Virus record (IMG/VR): IMGVR_UViG_3300048599_000752
Location: 1 to 26,875 of that record
Strand: one strand, 5' to 3'
DNA from: a virus
Lineage: Duplodnaviria; Caudoviricetes
DNA length: 26,875 bases
The position numbers were made by a program, and so were the translations under genes. Shown here piece by piece: positions 1 through 8,292 of this stretch. Below the pieces are notes generated by a model. It was given only the letters and a program-made list of their open reading frames with translations. It was not told the origin of the DNA and did not search any database. Within the stretch, counting starts at the first letter, position 1, and the number at the start of each line of letters is the position of its first letter.

Positions 1-681
1 ATGAACGAAGCCGAGGACATCCTGAGCATGCTGGGCGGTCAATCGTCCGCGGACATCCTCCAGCTTATGGCGGAGGATGATGGTCCGGGCGAGGCGCCCG
101 ACGAAGCGGCGCTCGACGCAGCGCCGTCCGGCGCGCTGCTGAAGATGGAGGCGAAGCGCCGGGTGTGCTTCGACCTGACGCGGTCCATGCACACGCTGCT
201 CCGCTTCCTCGAAAACCCACCGGCGCCGGGCGAGTGCTTCAAGCTGCTGTCCGATGCGGGCGGCTGGTCATCCTGCTCCCTGATCATGTGGCTGGCGCAG
301 AAAGAGCCGATCATCGACCTGTACTGCTCGACGTTCCGCGTCGGCACGAAGGAGATCGGCCAGCTTGAGCGGCTCCATGAAGCGGGGCTGATCGGCAGCG
401 CGGCGTTCGTGCTGTCCGGGCTGGTTGAGTGGGATGATTCCCGCAAATCGGAGAAGTACGACTACTACGCGTTCTTCAAGGCGATCTGCGAGCGGAACGG
501 CTGGCGGTACGCGAGCCTGAAAAATCACAGCAAGGTAATCCTGGCGCGGACCGCGGGCGCCTGGTACGTGATTGAGACGTCCTCGAACTTGAACGAGAAC
601 CCGAAGATCGAGCAGTTTTCGTTCGAGAACGACGCGGCGCTCTTTGAGTTTTACAGGTGGAACCTGTTCAAAAATACGTAA
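1..681 (+). CDS. Phage protein with phospholipase D/nuclease-like fold (single degenerate HxK motif)
   Basis: 226 aa, phage-like high-GC codon usage; NHSKVIL...IETSSNL resembles the PLD HxK...GSxN signature but lacks the canonical Asp. Confidence 0.6.
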   Translation: MNEAEDILSMLGGQSSADILQLMAEDDGPGEAPDEAALDAAPSGALLKMEAKRRVCFDLTRSMHTLLRFLENPPAPGECFKLLSDAGGWSSCSLIMWLAQKEPIIDLYCSTFRVGTKEIGQLERLHEAGLIGSAAFVLSGLVEWDDSRKSEKYDYYAFFKAICERNGWRYASLKNHSKVILARTAGAWYVIETSSNLNENPKIEQFSFENDAALFEFYRWNLFKNT

Positions 682-803
682 CTGCTTTATGCCTTTATTC
701 CACAGTGAGGATATGGAAATAACTCCACGGTGTGGCAGTATTCCTCGTAGTTGGCATCTCCTTATAAAAACTCCGGACACGCTCTTCTGTCGAAAGCCCC
801 CAC

Positions 804-1322
804 TTATATTATAAAATAGAGATTTTGCAGTTTGCCTATTTGTTTTCCCAATGCAGTGTTATCTAAATGCTCCAATGAATCGGTCATTATATATGCGGAT
901 TCAAGCAATCTTTGCTTTTCTCCGTATTTGTAAAACACTATTCCATTCAGTGCATATGATAGTAATTCACGCATTTCGGGCAAAACAACGTTTTCTATTT
1001 GCCCGACTGTCCAAATAGATTCATTGCCATCGCTGATGTTTTTGATTTCAATTTCCGCGCATGATATTACTTCTTTTAAGATACGTACGAATATTTTTTG
1101 TTTAATCATCATTATATGCTTTTGCTTTGGACGCGCTCCCCATATTTCAATCACATCAAGCACACCGGAAAACATCGCACATAAGCCAAAAGTTACAATG
1201 CAGATATCTAGAAAAGGAATATCCGCAACTAAGATACCGGTAATGATAAGGATTTTGATACCGAGAGCAGCTACACCCAGGCATAGTGAAAGAATAAAGA
1301 ATGAACGAATGCGCCTTCTCAT
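804..1322 (-). CDS. AT-rich cargo A: two N-terminal hydrophobic helices plus a soluble ~100-aa domain of unknown function
   Basis: 172 aa ORF, GAGGTG RBS, own promoter at 1410-1438, clearly lower GC than flanks. Confidence 0.8.
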   Translation of the reverse strand: MRRRIRSFFILSLCLGVAALGIKILIITGILVADIPFLDICIVTFGLCAMFSGVLDVIEIWGARPKQKHIMMIKQKIFVRILKEVISCAEIEIKNISDGNESIWTVGQIENVVLPEMRELLSYALNGIVFYKYGEKQRLLESAYIMTDSLEHLDNTALGKQIGKLQNLYFII

Positions 1323-1331
1323 ATAACACCT

Positions 1332-1382
1332 CTAATGGATCAGCTCGGTGATCGGTTCGTTACATGGAGCTTTCGCCATCAT
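1332..1382 (-). other. 16-codon upstream mini-ORF (MMAKAPCNEPITELIH), leader peptide or gene remnant
   Basis: Preceded by AAGGATGGTG; its TAG stop directly precedes and overlaps the GAGGTG RBS of cargo A. Confidence 0.35.
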
Positions 1383-1409
1383 TTCGAACACCATCCTTAT
1401 CTTGCCGCT

Positions 1410-1438
1410 ATTCTAACACATCTTCCCAGAACGGTCAA
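1410..1438 (-). promoter_or_regulatory. SigA-type promoter for cargo A
   Basis: Minus strand TTGACC-17 bp-TAGAAT with extended -10 TGn. Confidence 0.75.
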
Positions 1439-1463
1439 TTTGCTTTGTTGATTTTGCTTTTCG

Positions 1464-1623
1464 GAGGTGATATATGTGGCCGTTGGGAACCGGGGCGGTC
1501 GGCCGCGGAAGCCTACGGCGCTGCATCTGCTGAACGGGAACCCGCGAAGCTGCCCGATCTGGAGCAGCGCGCCGCGGCTGAGCCGAAGCCGCTGGAAATC
1601 ACACCGTCCACCGTGCCGGAGCC
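1464..1623 (+). pseudogene. Duplicated 5' fragment of terS (RBS plus ~50 codons) with a 1-bp deletion
   Basis: Aligns to 2972-3132 at ~86% by hand count; encodes VAVGNRGGRPRKPTALHLLNGNP/KLPDLEQRAAAEPKPLEITPSTVPEP. Confidence 0.93.
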
Positions 1624-1731
1624 TGGCACGTGATCGAAACGTCCTCGAACCTGAATGAGAACCCGAAGATCGAGCAGTTCTCGTTCGAGAACGACGCGGA
1701 GCTTTTTGAGTTTTACAGGAGGAACCTGTTC
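1621..1731 (+). pseudogene. Duplicated 3' fragment of the PLD-like gene
   Basis: 111-bp direct repeat of 559-669 with 9 mismatches, 6 synonymous; joined to the terS fragment through a shared GCC. Confidence 0.93.
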
Positions 1732-1765
1732 GGAGGTGATGGCTGATGCTGTTCCTTCGCTGTAC

Positions 1766-2869
1766 CTATTTGTGCGGGTAGCCGTTCTCAACAGCGTATT
1801 CTTCACCATAAGAGCCACTAGTTACATTCATAGTTATGTCATCGTCTAGCCTACTAAACGCATTTTCCCCTATGCTCACCACACTGGCCGGAATGGTAAT
1901 GGAATCGAGGTTATCACATTGAGAGAATGCATAGTCTCCAATCGATATTACGCCATCTGGAATGGTGACTGAGGCTAGACCCTTGCAAAAAGTAAAGGCT
2001 GAAAATCCAATAGAGGCCACGCTATGTGGTATGGTAACGGAGGATAGCCTATCGCAAGAAAAAAAGGCCGATTGTCCGATATCGATAACGCTGTCTGGGA
2101 TATTGATGGAAGTTAGGTTGCTCTGAAGAAAAGCAGAATTCCCGATGGAGGTTGTGCCGAGAGGGATTTCATAGGATATTGAACTTTTCCCGCAAGGATA
2201 GGCTTGCAATGCATTCGTCCTCTTGTCAAACAGTACGCCGTCGATAGAATCATACGCAGGATTATTTTCTGAAACATCAATCATGCAGAGCTCTCTGCAA
2301 CCAGTAAAAGCACCTGCTCCAATGGATGTCACGCTATCCGGGATGGTTACGGAGGTTAGGTGAGCGCATGCAGAGACGGCGTATTCATCGATAGCTGTTG
2401 TTCCACGCGGTATTTCATAGGATGCCGTGCTTTTTCCACAAGGATATGAAATAAGTGTATTTGTCACTTTACTAAATAATACATCATCGATAGCGGCAAA
2501 ATTTGGGTTGTTCTCTGAAACTTCAATAGTGCTTAGCCTCAAACTATTGTTGAAAACGGCTGTGTCGATGAACGTCACGCTGTTAGGGATGACGACAGAG
2601 GTCAAGTCATCCCTTGCTGAGAAGGCCCCTTTGAGGATTCCAGTTACCAAATATCCGTCCAGTAAAGAAGGGATCGTCAACTCGGATGCCGATCCGTCGT
2701 AAGCGTAAATTGATACCGTTCCGTCGGTGTTGATCGTGTATCTATATTCTCCGCTGGTGATAACGGGGTTTCCAGTGTTTCCCTCCGCCAAGACGGGAAA
2801 TGCCGCTAAAGATAAGGCAAAAATCAGCAGTGAACAGAATATCGCCTGAAGGCGATTTCTAGGTTTCAT
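1766..2869 (-). CDS. Cargo B: secreted BspA-type leucine-rich repeat (LRR_5) protein
   Basis: Signal peptide ending in VLA; repeated LTSVTIPDSVTSIGxxAFxxC units and GVLFxKxxxxLxxYPCGK inserts. Confidence 0.92.
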   Translation of the reverse strand: MKPRNRLQAIFCSLLIFALSLAAFPVLAEGNTGNPVITSGEYRYTINTDGTVSIYAYDGSASELTIPSLLDGYLVTGILKGAFSARDDLTSVVIPNSVTFIDTAVFNNSLRLSTIEVSENNPNFAAIDDVLFSKVTNTLISYPCGKSTASYEIPRGTTAIDEYAVSACAHLTSVTIPDSVTSIGAGAFTGCRELCMIDVSENNPAYDSIDGVLFDKRTNALQAYPCGKSSISYEIPLGTTSIGNSAFLQSNLTSINIPDSVIDIGQSAFFSCDRLSSVTIPHSVASIGFSAFTFCKGLASVTIPDGVISIGDYAFSQCDNLDSITIPASVVSIGENAFSRLDDDITMNVTSGSYGEEYAVENGYPHK

Positions 2870-2926
2870 TCTATCGTCTCTCCCTATCGTTTACCAAATT
2901 GCCTACGACCGTTTCTTGCAGTATAT

Positions 2927-2955
2927 ATTCTACGTTAACCAAGTTAAAGAGTCAA
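2927..2955 (-). promoter_or_regulatory. SigA-type promoter for cargo B
   Basis: Minus strand TTGACT-17 bp-TAGAAT; spacer contains the palindrome TTAAC-n3-GTTAA. Confidence 0.75.
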
Positions 2956-2983
2956 TAACAATACTTATTTTGAGGTGATGTGT

Positions 2984-3505
2984 ATGTCAGTTGGCAATAA
3001 GGGCGGTCGGCCGAGGAAGCCGACGGCGCTGCATCTGCTGAACGGAAACCCGTCGAAGATTCCCGATCTGGACCAGCGGGCCGCGGCCGAGCCGAAGCCG
3101 CTGGAAATCGCGCCGGGCGCCGTGCCGGAGCCGCCGGAGTACATGCCGGAACCAGCAAAGGAATGCTGGCACGAGAACGCGCCAATGCTGGCGGCGACAC
3201 ATCTGCTCACGGTTGCGGACCTGAAGGCGCTGGAAGCCTACTGCGTCATGTACGCGAACTTCCGGAAGATGGCGACCGACCTTACGAAGGCGAACATGCT
3301 GGTTTACAAGCCGCACGCCGCGACGCAGCCGGGCAGCGTCTACCTGGACGAACTGCCGCAGTCGCGGATGCTGCGTGCCTACGGAAAAGAGATGCGCGAT
3401 TGGGCGCGCGAGTTTGGAATGACGCCGGCCGCGCGCGGTCGGATGGTCCTGCCGGATGCGCCGGGCGAGGTGGACGAAATGGAGAAGCTGCTGCGCGGCG
3501 GGTGA
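2984..3505 (+). CDS. terS: Terminase small subunit, P27 family
   Basis: GRPRKPTALHLLNGNPSK N-terminus, D-x-x-ALEAYC and EFGMTPAAR motifs; ATG 2984 after GAGGTG. Confidence 0.93.
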   Translation: MSVGNKGGRPRKPTALHLLNGNPSKIPDLDQRAAAEPKPLEIAPGAVPEPPEYMPEPAKECWHENAPMLAATHLLTVADLKALEAYCVMYANFRKMATDLTKANMLVYKPHAATQPGSVYLDELPQSRMLRAYGKEMRDWAREFGMTPAARGRMVLPDAPGEVDEMEKLLRGG

Positions 3506-3536
3506 TGAGGTGGTGACCCTTCGTGATCGATCAGGC
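3449..3536 (+). repeat. 88-bp direct repeat copy 1 (terS 3' end plus terL start stub)
   Basis: Matches 4365-4452; last 36 bp identical. Confidence 0.95.
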
Positions 3537-4225
3537 TATACCCAATTTGAGATAATGGTTTGCGCAACATAGATTACTGAACACGCTACAAGAATGATTC
3601 CTGTAATAAAAACATCAAATCTTTTTTGCTGCCGTTCTTCTTCGTTAAGCGGTTCAGAGTATTCGCTGTATATAATACCGTGCAGTCGGTTACCTGCATT
3701 AGGGAATAAGTAGATAAGAACGAGAAAGAACAAGCCGAAAAACCAGAAGTATGGTGACAAGTCGTCGTGGCCTAAAGTCTCAAACTCTCCCGCTCGCATG
3801 GTGTCCAACTTCGCTTTAAAATAATACTTGTGCGATTCTTTGCCATGCTGAGAGATGCTCTGTATTCTTTGCCAAAATGGCATTTGCTCGTCCGGGATTA
3901 CATTGCCATCTTTATCAGTGAAACCGTCGGGAACCATTATGCCGTACCATTCATAGCCATCCCATTTAACGCGATACCCCTCGTCGAGTTCGATGGTTAC
4001 TTCGGATTTAATTGCCGGATTGTTGAGAGCAGATGTTTCATAGCGATTTTCAGCAACTTTTCGGAAGAATAAAGAGCCAATCCAAACGCCTTGCTGGTTG
4101 TTGAAAATCCAAAGAGCGAATGTGCTAATTGACAAAATTGCTACGGCAACAAGAATTGCGATTAGCCTTTTTCGAAGGGTAAATGCTTGCACGCGAACAC
4201 GAAAGCGAGACCACAGCAAATGCAT
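3536..4225 (-). CDS. Cargo C: membrane protein with about 3 TM segments, unknown function
   Basis: Hydrophobic stretches near the N-terminus, at ~aa 160-180 and at the C-terminus; ATG 4225 after GAGGT (alternative start 4255); lower GC; stop codon abuts the repeat. Confidence 0.8.
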   Translation of the reverse strand: MHLLWSRFRVRVQAFTLRKRLIAILVAVAILSISTFALWIFNNQQGVWIGSLFFRKVAENRYETSALNNPAIKSEVTIELDEGYRVKWDGYEWYGIMVPDGFTDKDGNVIPDEQMPFWQRIQSISQHGKESHKYYFKAKLDTMRAGEFETLGHDDLSPYFWFFGLFFLVLIYLFPNAGNRLHGIIYSEYSEPLNEEERQQKRFDVFITGIILVACSVIYVAQTIISNWV

Positions 4226-4364
4226 ATTTACCTCGCCCCTTGCTTTGGAATCCATGATATTGCAAACCCGACCAGCTTTTCTCAGTATAATACAATGCCG
4301 GTAATAATTCTACCCCAAAAGGGGCTTAACATCTTGCCTAAATGATAACGAGGGGCACTTGACT

Positions 4365-4452
4365 CTGCCAGATGTGCAGGGCGAGATGGACAAGATGAAG
4401 CGGTTGCTGCGCCGCTGGTGATGAGGTGGTGACCCTTCGTGATCGATCAGGC
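4365..4452 (+). repeat. 88-bp direct repeat copy 2 (decayed terS 3' end plus true terL start)
   Basis: Encodes LPDVQGEMDKMKRLLRRW* versus LPDAPGEVDEMEKLLRGG* in terS; 12 mismatches in the first 52 bp, none in the last 36. Confidence 0.95.
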
Positions 4453-7024
4453 AAAGGCCGACCACGTGCTTGCGTTCGTGCGGCTGCTGAAAGACCCGAA
4501 GGGCGGCTCGATCAAGAGCCGGCCGTGCATCAAGTGGCTACCGTGGCAGGAGAAGTTCTTCGTCGATATCTTCGCCACCGTGAACCCAGACGGCACGCGG
4601 CAGTACCGCGAGGCGTTCGTCGAGATACCGCGTAAAAACGGGAAGGCTCTTTGGGTTGAGACTCCGATTCCGACACCATCTGGGTGGCGGACGATGGGTG
4701 AGCTTGCGGTTGGTGATGAGGTGTTCGGGGCTGACGGAAAGCCAACGCGCATCACATACAAATCTCCGGCGTACACGGATCATGATTGCTATGAGGTCGT
4801 GTTTGAGGATGGCGAGATTCTGATCGCCGACGCCGACCACCGGTGGATGGTAGAGACCAAGGACTCGCGCCGATCTGGGCGCGGTCGGTATGTGGTAACG
4901 ACGGCACAGATGGCGGAGAATTTCGCACATGCGCGGTCAGATGGCAAGGGAACGGAGTACAAGTATCGCGTTCCTACGCCTGCACCTGTTGAGTATTCCG
5001 CAGTCGATCTGCCGCTCGATCCTTATGTGTTTGGCGTCTGGCTCGGTGATGGTTATTCGGCTGGGAATCGTGTTACCGTTGGGGATGTCGACTTGTTCGA
5101 GATGTTGCGCCTTCTGGGTGGATGGGCGCGCCGCGCTCACCGCTATAGATCGGCGTGGGCAGTATTGCTCGGTAAAAAGGTTGGCAGGAGCAATACGGTT
5201 TTGTCGGCGTTGCGTGCTATGGGCGTGTTGGGCGCAAAACACATCCCGCGACTGTACTTGCAGTCCAGCCGGGAGCAACGATTTGAACTTCTGCGCGGGC
5301 TTATGGATACTGACGGGTATGCTTCGAGGGCAGGCCAGTGCGAATTTGTCCAAAAGTCGAAGCGGATGATTGATGACTTTTCGGAACTGCTTGCTTCTCT
5401 GGGGATCAAGCACAATGTCCGACGAAAGCGGGCGCGATGTAACGGAATCGATGTGGGTGACGTTTTCAGCGTCACCTTTTTTGTTGGCCGCGATGAGCCA
5501 TGCTTCAAGCTGCACCGCAAGGTCGAGCGGCTGAAATTGGTGTTGGCACCGCGCATGGGGAACAAGAGCATCATCAGCATCCGGCCTGTACCCAGCGTAC
5601 CAGTGCAGTGCATTCAGGTCGATAACGCTGATCATCTGTATTTGGCCGGGCGGAAATTCACGGTCACTCACAACACCACGACCATCGCGGCGTGCGTCGT
5701 TTACCAGCTTTTCTGCTCGCCGGAATACGGCCAGGAGATTTACTCCGCGGCGAACGACCGCGATCAGGCGGCGCTGGTTTTCAACATGGCCGCGTCGATG
5801 ATCCGGGCAAACGCGGCGCTGAAAAAGCGCTGCACGATCTACGACGCGACGAAGCGCATCGTGCGGCACGAGACGGAGTCCTTCTACAAAGCGCTGTCCC
5901 GTGAAAGCGCGACGGCGCACGGCCTGAACCCGTCGTTCGTCATCTACGACGAGCTGCACGAGGCAAAGAGCCGCGACCTGTACGACGTCCTGAAAACGGG
6001 CATGGGCGCCCGGCGGGAGCCGCTGTTTGTGACGATCACGACGGCCGGCACCGACCTGCAGAGCCTGTGCTACGAGCTGTACCAGTACGGCAAGAAAGTA
6101 CAGTCCGGCGAGGTGGCGGACCCGACGTTTTATCCGCTGATCTATGAAGCACTGGAATCGGAGGACATTTGGGATGAAGCCGTATGGCGTAAAGCGAACC
6201 CTTCTGCGGGCGCGTTCCGCGATCTGGAGGAGATCCGGTCGTACGCACAGCGCGCGAAAATTCTCCCGACACAAGAGGTGTCCTTCCGTCACCTGTACCT
6301 GAATCAATGGGTGCAGAACCTGACGCGCTGGATTCGCCGCGACGCCTGGAATGCGACGGCGGGCGAGGTCAAGTACGCGGACCTGCTGGGATGCAAGTGC
6401 TACGCCGGGCTGGACCTTGGCAGCACAGACGACTTCTGCGCGCTCGTGCTCGTGTTCCCGTCTGAGGACGGCACGTTCACTGCGCTGCCGTTCTTCTGGA
6501 TTCCGGAAGAGCAGTTGAAGCATCGCCGGAAGGGCGGCATTGACTTGCGGCCGTGGGTGCGCGCCGGCGTGCTGGAAGCGACGCCGGGCGAGGTCACGGA
6601 TTACAATTTCATCCTCCAGCGCATCGAGGCGCTGCGCGTTGACTTCGACATTCAGGAGATCGCGTTCGACCGGTGGGGCGCTGCGAAGCTGCGCGCGGAC
6701 ATCGAGAACGCGCTGTCCGGCTCCGGCACGACGCTGGTCCAGTTTGGTCAGGGGTTTGCGTCCATGTCGCCACCGTCGAAGGAGTTGGAGCGGCTGATCC
6801 TGGAGCACGGCATCCGGCACGGACACCATCCGGTGCTAGACTGGATGGCCGAGAACGTTGTTGTCAAAATCGATCCGGCGGGCAACATCAAGCCGGACAA
6901 GGAAAAGTCGCCGGAGAAGATCGACGGTATCGTGGCGCTTGTGATGGCGCTCGACCGGGCGGTCCGCTGGCGGGAGAATCAGTCGGTCTATGAGACGCGC
7001 GCTCCGCGCGTCATTCGTTTTTAA
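4439..7024 (+). CDS. terL: Terminase large subunit (Terminase_1 type), intein-containing; ~518 aa after splicing
   Basis: Walker A PRKNGK/T split by intein, Walker B VIYDELHE, ITTAG coupling motif, nuclease GLDLG and KIDGIVALVMA. Confidence 0.96.
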   Translation: MIDQAKADHVLAFVRLLKDPKGGSIKSRPCIKWLPWQEKFFVDIFATVNPDGTRQYREAFVEIPRKNGKALWVETPIPTPSGWRTMGELAVGDEVFGADGKPTRITYKSPAYTDHDCYEVVFEDGEILIADADHRWMVETKDSRRSGRGRYVVTTAQMAENFAHARSDGKGTEYKYRVPTPAPVEYSAVDLPLDPYVFGVWLGDGYSAGNRVTVGDVDLFEMLRLLGGWARRAHRYRSAWAVLLGKKVGRSNTVLSALRAMGVLGAKHIPRLYLQSSREQRFELLRGLMDTDGYASRAGQCEFVQKSKRMIDDFSELLASLGIKHNVRRKRARCNGIDVGDVFSVTFFVGRDEPCFKLHRKVERLKLVLAPRMGNKSIISIRPVPSVPVQCIQVDNADHLYLAGRKFTVTHNTTTIAACVVYQLFCSPEYGQEIYSAANDRDQAALVFNMAASMIRANAALKKRCTIYDATKRIVRHETESFYKALSRESATAHGLNPSFVIYDELHEAKSRDLYDVLKTGMGARREPLFVTITTAGTDLQSLCYELYQYGKKVQSGEVADPTFYPLIYEALESEDIWDEAVWRKANPSAGAFRDLEEIRSYAQRAKILPTQEVSFRHLYLNQWVQNLTRWIRRDAWNATAGEVKYADLLGCKCYAGLDLGSTDDFCALVLVFPSEDGTFTALPFFWIPEEQLKHRRKGGIDLRPWVRAGVLEATPGEVTDYNFILQRIEALRVDFDIQEIAFDRWGAAKLRADIENALSGSGTTLVQFGQGFASMSPPSKELERLILEHGIRHGHHPVLDWMAENVVVKIDPAGNIKPDKEKSPEKIDGIVALVMALDRAVRWRENQSVYETRAPRVIRF
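4646..5674 (+). mobile_element. Class 3 (Ala1, WCT) intein with LAGLIDADG homing endonuclease, 343 aa
   Basis: Starts ALWVETPIPTPSGW; block B ADADHRW; block F VQCIQV; ends VTHN/T; endonuclease motifs FGVWLGDG and LRGLMDTDG. Confidence 0.93.
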
Positions 7025-7038
7025 GGGGGTGTTGGCGT

Positions 7039-8292
7039 ATGGGCATCAGATCTGCTATGCGCAGCGCGCTGGACAAGATCATGCCGGGGCGCCAGCCGGG
7101 CGGGGCGATGTATGGCACGATCGTGCCGACCGACGCCGGCGTCACGGTTACGGAGGATTCGGCGATGCGGCTGGCCGCGGTACAGGCGTGCGTGCGCGTG
7201 CTGTCCGAGGACATCGCGGCGCTGCCGATGTACGTCTATATGCGGACAAAGGACGGCGGCAAGGAGCGCGCCCGGTCGCACCCGTTGTACTTCCTCCTGC
7301 ACGATGAGCCAAACAGCGAAATGACCGCGATGTCGTTCAAGCAGGCGATGATGGTTAATCTGCTGCTGGGCGGCAATGCTTACGCATTCGTGGAGTACGA
7401 CATGTCGGGGCGCGTGATGGCGCTCTGGCCGCTGCTGCATACCGACGTTACGCCGTACCGGGACACGAACGGGCAGGTGCGCTTTAAGGTGCTGGGCGAG
7501 GTTTTCTCGCGGTTTGAGATCCTGCACATTCCGGGCCTGTCGTATGACGGGCTGCTGGGCCTGTCCCCCATCGGCTATGCGCGGGAGGCCATCGGGCTGG
7601 GCATGGCGGCGGAGTCGTGGGGGGCGCGGGTTTTCAAAGACGGCACGCACCTGGGCGGCGTGATCAGCGTGCCGGGCGCGCCGATGAGCGATCCGGCGTT
7701 TGAGCGGACCGAGCGGCAGTTCAAGGAGATGTACAAAGGGCTGCAGCGCTCGCATGGCGTGGCGATCCTGGAGCAGGGCGCGACGTACCAGGCGCTGGGC
7801 ATCTCGCCGGAGGAGGCGCAATTCCTCGAAACCCGGAAGTTTCAGCGCAGCGAGATCGCGGCGATGTACCGCGTGCCGCTGCACCTGATCAACGATCTGG
7901 ACCGGGCGACGTTCTCCAACATCGAGCACCAGGACCTAGGCTATTTGCAGCGGGGCCTGCTGCCGTGGATGCTCCGGTTTGAGCAGGGATTCACGCGCGG
8001 ACTGATGACGATGAACGAGCGGAGGCGCTTCTTCATCGAGCACGAGACCGGCAGCTTCCTCCGGGGCGACACGAAGTCGCGCTATGAGGCGTACTCGCTG
8101 GGCATCAACGCTGGCATCCTGACGCCGAACGAGGCGCGGGCGAAGGAGAACATGAACCCGATTGAGGGCGGCGACGAGATGCGCCTGCCGCTGAATGTCA
8201 CGACGCCGGGCACGGCGAAGGAAAAGGAGCCTGCTGCGCGCTCGGACCCTTTCGGGCTGGCGGCGAGCGGCGCGCCGCAGGAAACGACCTAG
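7039..8292 (+). CDS. Portal protein, HK97 family
   Basis: AVQACVRVLSEDIAALP, HDEPN, GLSPI, QFLETRKFQRSEIAAMYRVP, TPNEARAKEN motifs. Confidence 0.96.
   Translation: MGIRSAMRSALDKIMPGRQPGGAMYGTIVPTDAGVTVTEDSAMRLAAVQACVRVLSEDIAALPMYVYMRTKDGGKERARSHPLYFLLHDEPNSEMTAMSFKQAMMVNLLLGGNAYAFVEYDMSGRVMALWPLLHTDVTPYRDTNGQVRFKVLGEVFSRFEILHIPGLSYDGLLGLSPIGYAREAIGLGMAAESWGARVFKDGTHLGGVISVPGAPMSDPAFERTERQFKEMYKGLQRSHGVAILEQGATYQALGISPEEAQFLETRKFQRSEIAAMYRVPLHLINDLDRATFSNIEHQDLGYLQRGLLPWMLRFEQGFTRGLMTMNERRRFFIEHETGSFLRGDTKSRYEAYSLGINAGILTPNEARAKENMNPIEGGDEMRLPLNVTTPGTAKEKEPAARSDPFGLAASGAPQETT
8247..8278 (+). promoter_or_regulatory. Candidate -1 programmed ribosomal frameshift signal
   Basis: In-frame X-XXY-YYZ heptamer C CCT TTC (8247-8253), 6-nt spacer, GCGGCG/CGCCGC stem (8260-8278). 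Confidence 0.55.

Noticed and set aside
1364-1849. ORFs 1364-1633, 1467-1658 and 1655-1849 as real genes
   Set aside because: They are readings of the duplicated terS/PLD fragments
4284-4335. Promoter for cargo C
   Set aside because: Two -10-like hexamers (TAGAAT, TATACT) on the minus strand but no convincing -35; not called
559-4452. IS/transposon target-site duplications or integron attC sites explaining the cassettes
   Set aside because: No transposase, terminal inverted repeats or attC-like hairpins; the duplications are long, diverged pieces of phage coding sequence
4937-6829. 630-aa antisense ORF (also 10021-12474, 14274-15806 and 7021-7929)
   Set aside because: Shadow ORFs opposite well-supported high-GC genes; no recognisable motifs
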